In this document: positions 25,876-32,000 of the stretch, piece by piece
Numbering within the stretch: position 1 is the stretch's first letter
Layout: each line of letters starts with the position of its first letter
NCBI RefSeq assembly: GCF_017876815.1
Contig: NZ_JAGIOS010000001.1
Span: forward strand, 30,001-62,000
Origin: Sinorhizobium meliloti
Lineage (GTDB): Bacteria; Pseudomonadota; Alphaproteobacteria; Rhizobiales; Rhizobiaceae
DNA: 32,000 nt
Direction of reading: 5' to 3'
Program-made: the position numbers and the translations under genes
Notes under the pieces: model-generated
What the model was told of the DNA's origin: nothing
The model's input: only the letters and a program-made list of their open reading frames with translations
Databases searched by the model: none

Positions 25876-27366
25876 ATGACCGATCTCAGATCCAGCGAAA
25901 TCCATGACGAACTCGACGGCGACACCCTCCATGAGGAGTGCGGCGTTTTCGGCATTCTCGGCCATCCGGACGCCGCCGCGCTGACGGCGCTCGGCCTGCA
26001 CGCTCTCCAGCATCGAGGGCAGGAAGCCGCCGGTATCGTCACCTTCGACGGGCGGCAGTTCTATTCGGAGCGCCGGATGGGTCTCGTCGGCGACCACTAT
26101 ACCGATCCCACGACGCTCGCGAAGCTGCCCGGTTCGATGTCGATCGGCCATGTACGCTATTCCACCACCGGTGAGACGGTCCTGCGCAACGTCCAGCCGC
26201 TGTTTGCCGAGCTGCAGGAAGGCGGAATCGCAATCGCGCACAACGGCAACTTCACGAACGGCCTGACGCTGCGGCGCCAGATCATCGCAGACGGTGCCAT
26301 CTGTCAGTCGACATCCGACACCGAAGTCGTGCTGCACCTGATCGCGCGGTCGAAACACGTCTCTTCCAGCGATCGCTTCGCCGACGCTATCGCCCAGGTC
26401 GAAGGCGGCTATTCGATGCTGGCTCTGACCCGCACCAAGCTGATCGCCGCCCGCGACCCGAACGGCATTCGCCCGCTCGTCATGGGCGAACTCGACGGCA
26501 AGCCGATCTTCTGCTCGGAGACCTGCGCGCTGGATATCATCGGCGCCAAATTCGTTCGCGATATCGAGAACGGTGAAATCGTCATCTGCGAAATTCAGCC
26601 GGACGGGTCGATCACCATCGATGCCCGCAAGCCGCAGAATCCGCTGCCGGAACGCCTTTGCCTTTTCGAGTACGTCTATTTCGCCCGGCCGGATTCGGTC
26701 GTCGGCGGCCGCAACGTCTACGTCGCCCGCAAGAACATGGGCAAGAACCTCGCCATCGAGGCCCCCGTCGAGGCGGATGTCGTGGTGCCCGTTCCGGACG
26801 GCGGTACGCCGGCTGCAATCGGCTATGCGCAGGAAAGCGGCATCCCCTTCGAGCTCGGCATCATCCGCAATCACTATGTCGGGCGGACCTTCATCGAGCC
26901 GACGCAGCAGATTCGCGCCTTCGGCGTCAAGCTCAAGCATTCTGCGAACCGGGCGATGATCGCCGGCAAGCGCGTCGTGCTCGTCGACGATTCCATCGTC
27001 CGCGGCACCACTTCGGTCAAGATCGTCCAGATGATGCGCGAGGCAGGCGCCCGCGAGGTGCATGTGCGCGTCGCGAGCCCGATGATCTTCCACCCGGATT
27101 TCTACGGCATCGACACGCCCGACCGTGACAAGCTGCTCGCCAACCAGCATGCCGACCTCGCCTCGATGTGTCGCTTCATCGGCGCCGATTCTCTCGAATT
27201 CCTCTCGATCGACGGGCTTTATCGTGCCGTCGGCGGCGAGAAGCGCGACCCGCAGGCGCCGCAGTTCACCGATCACTATTTCACCGGGGACTACCCGACC
27301 CGCCTTCTCGACCAGGGGGCAGCGAGCAACGTTCGCAAACTCTCGGTTCTCGCCAGCAACGGATAA
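25876..27366 (+). CDS. purF: amidophosphoribosyltransferase
   Basis: 496 aa. Has the catalytic Cys context ECGVFGI, plus RYSTTG, HNGN and the PRPP loop VVLVDDSIVRGTT. Confidence 0.96.
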   Translation: MTDLRSSEIHDELDGDTLHEECGVFGILGHPDAAALTALGLHALQHRGQEAAGIVTFDGRQFYSERRMGLVGDHYTDPTTLAKLPGSMSIGHVRYSTTGETVLRNVQPLFAELQEGGIAIAHNGNFTNGLTLRRQIIADGAICQSTSDTEVVLHLIARSKHVSSSDRFADAIAQVEGGYSMLALTRTKLIAARDPNGIRPLVMGELDGKPIFCSETCALDIIGAKFVRDIENGEIVICEIQPDGSITIDARKPQNPLPERLCLFEYVYFARPDSVVGGRNVYVARKNMGKNLAIEAPVEADVVVPVPDGGTPAAIGYAQESGIPFELGIIRNHYVGRTFIEPTQQIRAFGVKLKHSANRAMIAGKRVVLVDDSIVRGTTSVKIVQMMREAGAREVHVRVASPMIFHPDFYGIDTPDRDKLLANQHADLASMCRFIGADSLEFLSIDGLYRAVGGEKRDPQAPQFTDHYFTGDYPTRLLDQGAASNVRKLSVLASNG

Positions 27367-27377
27367 CGAACAACAAC

Positions 27378-28118
27378 ATGACGCCCAATCTGAAAGACCG
27401 GATCGCCGTCGTCACCGGCGCATCGCGCGGGATCGGCTACTTCACTGCTCTTGAACTCGCCAAGGCCGGCGCCCACGTCGTCGCCTGCGCCCGCACCCTC
27501 GGCGGTCTCGAAGAACTGGACGACGCGATCAAGGCTTTCGGCGGTTCGGCAACGCTCGTCCCCTTCGATCTCTCGGACATGGCCGCCATCGACAAGCTCG
27601 GCGGCGCCATAAACGAGCGCTGGGGCAAGCTCGACATCATGGTCGCCAATGCGGGCGTCCTCGGCACGATCTCGCCGATCGGCCATGTGGAAGCCAAGGT
27701 CTTCGAAAAGGTGATGGCGATCAATGTCACCGCGACCTGGCGCCTGATCCGGTCGCTCGAGCCGTTGCTCGTCCGTTCGGATGCCGGCCGCGCCCTCATC
27801 CTCTCCTCGAGCGCTGCGCACAAGTGCAAGCCCTTCTGGGGGCCCTACTCCGCCTCCAAGGCTGCGGTCGAGGCGCTGGCACGCACCTGGGCCTACGAGA
27901 CACAGCGCCTGCCGCTGCGCATCCTCAGCGTCGATCCGGGCGCCACGCGCACCGCCATGCGGGCGCAGGCCGTGCCCGGCGAAGATCCGGAGACCCTGCC
28001 GCATCCCTCCGAGGTGGCTCAGGCGCTGTTGCCGCTGCTCGGCCGCGAGCAGACCGAGACGGGGAAGCTCTTCATCGTTCGGGAAAAGAAGATCGTCGAC
28101 TACCGCATGCCGGAATAG
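27378..28118 (+). CDS. SDR family oxidoreductase
   Basis: Start MTPNLKDRIAVVTGASRGIGY. Has the TGxxxGIG motif, NAG, and the catalytic YSASK. Confidence 0.88.
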   Translation: MTPNLKDRIAVVTGASRGIGYFTALELAKAGAHVVACARTLGGLEELDDAIKAFGGSATLVPFDLSDMAAIDKLGGAINERWGKLDIMVANAGVLGTISPIGHVEAKVFEKVMAINVTATWRLIRSLEPLLVRSDAGRALILSSSAAHKCKPFWGPYSASKAAVEALARTWAYETQRLPLRILSVDPGATRTAMRAQAVPGEDPETLPHPSEVAQALLPLLGREQTETGKLFIVREKKIVDYRMPE

Positions 28119-28132
28119 GCTGGCGGCACCTC

Positions 28133-28187
28133 CCCCTCATCCGGCCTGCCGGCCACCTTCTCCCCGCAAGCGGGGCGAAGGGGACTC
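28133..28187. repeat. REP-like unit immediately after the SDR stop
   Basis: CCCCTCATCCGGCCTGCCGGCCACCTTCTCCCCGCAAGCGGGGCGAAGGGG. Confidence 0.7.
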
Positions 28188-28221
28188 GCGGTGATGCACC
28201 GCTTCTCGGGCGCTCAAGAGG

Positions 28222-28450
28222 AAATGGCCATCCAGCAGCTTGTCCCTTCTCCCCGTCACAACGCTACGGCATGCACATATCTCTTGTTGTCCAGCCCTTC
28301 GCGGATTTACTCCGGAGTGGCGGCATCTGTATTTCCAGCAGTGGCGAGGCTTGCGGATGGGTCCTTGGGATCAAACCCGTATGCGCTAACATTGGCATTA
28401 GCGGTCACCCGCCCCTCATCCGCCTGCCGGCACCTTCTCCCCGCAGGCGG
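28222..28450. repeat. Left arm of a large imperfect inverted repeat mosaic (continues at 29750-29778 after the IS)
   Basis: CCTTCTCCCCGTCACAACGCTACGGCATGCACATATCTCTTG (28245-28286) matches the reverse complement of 29960-30001. GGATGGGTCCTTGGGATCAAACCC resembles the reverse complement of 29907-29933. The terminal REP at 28411-28450 resembles the reverse complement of 29834-29881. Confidence 0.6.
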
Positions 28451-29749
28451 CAGGGCTGTCCGGGGAAAGTTCCGGGTGAATCGAAATGTCGCAGGCGCAT
28501 GCCCCGTCAGACGGCGTTTTTCCGTCTATTTTCTGGTTGTCGAGACTCAGAAAAGGAGACGGAGCATGCGGTTCACCCCTAGCATTTTCGCCCAGCTGCT
28601 GAAAGCGATTGATCGCCGCAGCTTTCAGGCGATTGTGGGTCGTCATGCCGGGGATGCCTACGACAAGTGCTTTACCAGCTGGGATCATCTGGTGGCACTG
28701 ATCTATGCCCAGTTGAGCGCCACGACCAGCCTGCGCGGGTTGGAGGCGAGCTTCAACGCCAACAGTCAGCATCATTACCATCTCGGCAGTGGCCGGCTGA
28801 TGCGCTCGACGCTGTCGGACGCCAACCGCCGCCGCCCGGTCGCCGTCTTCGCCGAGACCTTCGCGCTTCTGGCCGGTCAGCTCGACCGGCAGACGCGCCG
28901 GGAGGGCACCAAGATGCTGCGGCTGATCGATTCGACCCCGATACCGCTGGGTAAGCTGTACGATTGGGCCAAGTCGAACGGCCGCATCCGCGGCATGAAG
29001 CTGCATGTCGTCTATGATCCCAAGGCCGATTGTCCAGGCATCCTCGACATCACCGACGCCAACGTCAACGACGCCCAGATCGGCCGCACGATCACCATCG
29101 AAAAGGGCGCAACCTATGTCTTCGACAAGGGCTACTGCCATTACGGCTGGTGGACGGCGATCGCCGAAGCCGGCGCCAGTTTCGTCACCCGGCCGAAGAC
29201 CAACATGGGACTGGCTTTGGTCGCTGAACGCCCCGTTGAGCAACCTCAAGGCGATGGCTTCCTGGTCCTCGAAGACAGCCAGGTCAGCCTCGCCAGCAAG
29301 GGCGATTCCAAGCTGCCGATCGGCTTGCGCCGGGTAATCGTCAAGCGCCAGGACGGCGATACGATCACGCTTCTGACCAACGACCTCGAGCGCTCCGCCG
29401 TCGAGATCGGCCAGCTCTATAAGGATCGCTGGCAGATCGAGCTTCTGTTCCGCTGGATCAAACAGCACCTCAAGATCCGCAAGTTCCTCGGCAACAACGA
29501 CAACGCCATCCGCCTGCAGATCTTCGCGGCGATGATCGCCTATGCACTGTTGCGCATCGCCGCCCGCCTCGCCCGCGTCCCTCTACCGATCCTGCGCTTC
29601 ACCGACCTCGTCACCCAGTGCCTGTTCCAGCGCAAAAGCATCGCCGAAATCCACAAGCCGCCGCAGGTCAATCCAAGCCGACCAAAACCCCGGACCATCC
29701 CAAACCAAATGGTCTTCCGCTATGCATGAATTTTCCCCGGACAGCCCTG
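28451..29749 (+). mobile_element. Insertion sequence, IS4 family type, 1299 bp, apparently intact
   Basis: Terminal inverted repeats CAGGGCTGTCCGGGGAAAGTTC (28451-28472) and GAATTTTCCCCGGACAGCCCTG (29728-29749) match at 21 of 22 positions. A 9-bp direct repeat CGCAGGCGG lies at 28442-28450 and 29750-29758. There is a single transposase ORF. Confidence 0.85.
28566..29729 (+). CDS. IS4-family DDE transposase
   Basis: 387 aa starting at MRFTPSIFAQLL, after AAAAGGAGA. The N-terminal FTSWDHLVALIYAQL region looks DUF4372-like. DDE candidates are LIDSTP, VFDKGY and WQIELLF. The Y-x2-R-x3-E-x6-K signature is YKDRWQIELLFRWIK. The stop codon lies inside the right inverted repeat. Confidence 0.88.
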   Translation: MRFTPSIFAQLLKAIDRRSFQAIVGRHAGDAYDKCFTSWDHLVALIYAQLSATTSLRGLEASFNANSQHHYHLGSGRLMRSTLSDANRRRPVAVFAETFALLAGQLDRQTRREGTKMLRLIDSTPIPLGKLYDWAKSNGRIRGMKLHVVYDPKADCPGILDITDANVNDAQIGRTITIEKGATYVFDKGYCHYGWWTAIAEAGASFVTRPKTNMGLALVAERPVEQPQGDGFLVLEDSQVSLASKGDSKLPIGLRRVIVKRQDGDTITLLTNDLERSAVEIGQLYKDRWQIELLFRWIKQHLKIRKFLGNNDNAIRLQIFAAMIAYALLRIAARLARVPLPILRFTDLVTQCLFQRKSIAEIHKPPQVNPSRPKPRTIPNQMVFRYA

Positions 29750-30026
29750 CGCAGGCGGGGAGAAGGGACAAGCGGCGCCAACTGAACCCCGCATTCACCG
29801 CCCGCCCGAGGGAGCGAGCGGGCGCGGCATATCCCTTCTCCCCGCCTGCGGGGAGAAGGTGGCGGCAGCCGGTTGAGGGGCAATCCCGACCGAGCGGGGT
29901 TGAGGCGGTTGGGTTCCCGAGGGATCCCATTCATGAGCAGTATCCGCCGCACCGGCGCGCAAGAGATATGTGCCTGCCGTAGCGTTCTGACGGGGAGAAG
30001 GTCGCGGCAGCGGGATGAGGGGCATT
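29750..30026. repeat. REP half restored after the IS, a central spacer, and the right arm of the inverted repeat mosaic
   Basis: GGGGAGAAGGGACAAGCGG completes the interrupted hairpin. CCCTTCTCCCCGCCTGCGGGGAGAAGGTGGCGGCAGCCGGTTGAGGGGC spans 29834-29881. CAAGAGATATGTGCCTGCCGTAGCGTTCTGACGGGGAGAAGGTCGCGGCAGCGGGATGAGGGGC spans 29960-30022. Confidence 0.65.
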
Positions 30027-30030
30027 CGCC

Positions 30031-30900
30031 CTATTCGCTATCACCCGGCAAACCATCGTTCCCGTGACCGCCCGGCCAGTCGCCGTATTTGCGCTGCCAG
30101 GAACGGGCGCCGAAGGGCAGGCTCACCAGATAGGCCACCGCAGTCACGACCATCGTCTCCCAGGTATAGGTCATCAGCGTCGCAACGTAGAAGACGACGA
30201 CCAGGATGACGGGAAGGACCAGATCCCGGCGGACGCGGTTCTCCGACTTGCCGGACCAGACAGGAAGACGGCTGACCATAAGGAAGGCGATCAGGACGGT
30301 ATAGACCGACGCGATCAGCGCAAAGGTCCTTTCCGGCGCAAGACCGAGCAGGCCAAGATAGACGGGCAGCAGAACCAGCATCGCACCGGCCGGCGCCGGA
30401 ACGCCGACGAAATATTCCGACTGCCAGGACGCCTTGACCTGGCGCTCCGCCATGACGTTGAAGCGCGCCAGCCTCAGACCGACGGCAATGGCGTAGATCA
30501 GGGCCGCAATCCAGCCGAGGGAACGCGCCTGATCGAGCAGAAACACGTAGAGGACGAGGGCGGGCGCGACCCCGAAATTGATGATGTCGGCAAGCGAGTC
30601 CATCTGGACCCCGAAACTCGAGGTCGCCTTTAGGAGACGCGCGATGCGCCCGTCGATGCCATCGAGGAAAGCGGCAAGGAGCACCATCGCAACCGCGAGC
30701 TCGAATCGATTCTCGAATGCCAGCCGGACGCCCGAGAGGCCGGCGCAGATCGCCAGGACCGTGATCATGTTCGGGACCATCAGCCGGAGCGGAATCTCCC
30801 GCAACCGGGGCCCCCGGGCCTTGTCGTGCGTGCCGGTGGCGCCCACGTGCTCAGCGGCTTCCGGGATTCCTGCGGATTGTTCGTGGCGGGGCTCTTCCAT
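30031..30900 (-). CDS. pssA: CDP-diacylglycerol--serine O-phosphatidyltransferase
   Basis: 289 aa. Has the CDP-alcohol phosphatidyltransferase motif DGIDGRIARLLKATSSFGVQMDSLAD and multiple TM segments. It lies downstream of psd. Confidence 0.92.
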   Translation of the reverse strand: MEEPRHEQSAGIPEAAEHVGATGTHDKARGPRLREIPLRLMVPNMITVLAICAGLSGVRLAFENRFELAVAMVLLAAFLDGIDGRIARLLKATSSFGVQMDSLADIINFGVAPALVLYVFLLDQARSLGWIAALIYAIAVGLRLARFNVMAERQVKASWQSEYFVGVPAPAGAMLVLLPVYLGLLGLAPERTFALIASVYTVLIAFLMVSRLPVWSGKSENRVRRDLVLPVILVVVFYVATLMTYTWETMVVTAVAYLVSLPFGARSWQRKYGDWPGGHGNDGLPGDSE

Positions 30901-30909
30901 GACCTGTCC

Positions 30910-31608
30910 TCACGCGCGCCGGCTGATGACCGGGCCCTTCGCCGATCCGAATTCGGCGAGCACCGTCTCGCCGCCCGTGGCCGTCTGACCGACCGTTACG
31001 CGCGGTTCCGCACCGGCAGGCAGGAACACGTCGAGACGCGAGCCGAAGCGGATGAGGCCGAAACGCTCGCCCGCCTCGAGCGACGCGCTCTCGCGCGTCC
31101 AGCAGAGGATGCGGCGGGCGACGAGACCGGCGATCTGGACCACGCCGATCTGCCCGTGTTTCGTCTCGATGACGAGGCCGTTGCGCTCGTTTTCCTGGCT
31201 CGCCTTGTCCAGCTCGGCATTCACGAACTTGCCGGCACGGTAGGCGATTCGGCGTACCGTGCCGCCCATCGGCGCACGGTTCACGTGGCAGTTGAAGACA
31301 TTCATGAAGACCGAAATGCGCAGCATCGGCTCCGAGCCGAGGCCCAGTTCCTCAGGCGGCATCACGGTGGCGACCGACGATACGGTGCCGTCCGCCGGGC
31401 TGATGACGAGATCGTCGTCGATCGGCGTCATGCGCTCCGGATCGCGGAAGAAATAGGCGCACCAGGCGGTCAGAACGAAGCCGATCCACATCAGCGGCTC
31501 CCAGAGGAAGCCAAGCGCCAGCGAAACGACAAAGAAAATCGCAATGAAGCGGTAGCCTTCCCTGTGGACCGGTACGAGCGTGTTGCGCACTGTGTCGATC
31601 AAACTCAT
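30910..31608 (-). CDS. psd: phosphatidylserine decarboxylase proenzyme (short alphaproteobacterial type)
   Basis: 232 aa. Has an N-terminal TM segment, NCHVNRAP, and a putative self-cleavage region [12 protein letters not shown]. Confidence 0.92.
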   Translation of the reverse strand: MSLIDTVRNTLVPVHREGYRFIAIFFVVSLALGFLWEPLMWIGFVLTAWCAYFFRDPERMTPIDDDLVISPADGTVSSVATVMPPEELGLGSEPMLRISVFMNVFNCHVNRAPMGGTVRRIAYRAGKFVNAELDKASQENERNGLVIETKHGQIGVVQIAGLVARRILCWTRESASLEAGERFGLIRFGSRLDVFLPAGAEPRVTVGQTATGGETVLAEFGSAKGPVISRRA

Positions 31609-31714
31609 GAACTCTACTCTCCATATTTGCTTTGCGACGTGAACTAGCGCGAATCAGACAGCCCGGCAATGTCGAAGACCCGGAGACAGAGGACTCGCGG
31701 CAACCTCGCTGTGG

Positions 31715-32000
31715 TCAGAGCGCCGGCATTCCCCGGTCGACGATGCCGAGATCGTCGCTCTCACGCACGCGCTTCAACTGTTCCTCGGCCTGCGTTGCCT
31801 CGCGCTGGCGGCTCCACATGGAAGCATAAAGTCCGCCGCGGTCGATAAGTTCGCCATGGGTGCCGCGTTCGGCGATCACGCCGTCCTTCAGGACGATGAT
31901 CTCGTCGGCGTTGATGACCGTCGACAGGCGATGGGCGATGACGAGGGTGGTGCGATTGCGCGACACGATATCCAGCGCAGCCTGGATTTCCTGTTCCGTC
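31715..32000 (-). CDS. ABC transporter ATP-binding domain, C-terminal end only (gene continues beyond the window)
   Basis: The frame is open to the window edge. [36 protein letters not shown] is the H-loop region of ABC exporters (ATM1/MsbA-like fused type). Confidence 0.8.
   Translation of the reverse strand, partial: TEQEIQAALDIVSRNRTTLVIAHRLSTVINADEIIVLKDGVIAERGTHGELIDRGGLYASMWSRQREATQAEEQLKRVRESDDLGIVDRGMPAL

Noticed and set aside
28191-28565. N-terminal 125-aa extension of the transposase ORF in the track (start 28191)
   Set aside because: The extension reads through REP copies and crosses the IS left end at 28451. The ATG at 28566 has a strong AAAAGGAGA ribosome-binding site and begins the conserved transposase N-terminus.
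28133-30026. Clustered REP copies as a possible CRISPR array
   Set aside because: The repeats are in mixed orientation and irregularly spaced, and each is itself palindromic with variable length. No cas genes and no uniform spacer pattern are present.

Overview
GC-rich alphaproteobacterial chromosomal core segment. Gene order and repeat families look Rhizobiaceae, Sinorhizobium/Ensifer-like; this is inference from memory, with no search run. Almost all of it is housekeeping. In order: surA-like/pdxA/rsmA (+); gmk and yicC (-); mltG and the fabD-fabG-acpP-fabF fatty-acid cluster (-); an aldo-keto reductase; a Cys-rich DUF326 (Csp3-like) protein; rpsF-rpsR-DUF2232-rplI (+); a MarR/MFS(EmrB-like)/HlyD(EmrA-like) efflux operon (-); dnaB (+); an AraC regulator with azlCD (-); alr, radA, cvpA, purF and an SDR (+); one intact IS4-family insertion sequence; psd-pssA (-); and the 3' end of an ABC exporter (-). 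Intergenic gaps are crowded with GC-rich palindromic REP/RIME-like repeats from at least three families. I saw no rRNA, tRNA, CRISPR array, prophage, defence island or toxin-antitoxin pair. I found no convincing new multi-gene system, and I consider this an ordinary core region with small accessory insertions. Items worth a second look: (1) the IS sits exactly in the loop of a REP hairpin with a clean 9-bp duplication, inside a roughly 200-bp-arm inverted repeat mosaic; (2) two plus-strand terminator-like hairpins lie in the yicC-mltG gap, where both neighbouring genes are on the minus strand (sRNA or antisense candidate); (3) rpsF has a long structured leader behind a near-consensus promoter; (4) the DUF2232 membrane gene is embedded in the ribosomal operon; (5) the 16-Cys four-helix-bundle protein. 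The many long ORFs antisense to real genes, including one of 984 aa, are treated as high-GC shadow ORFs.
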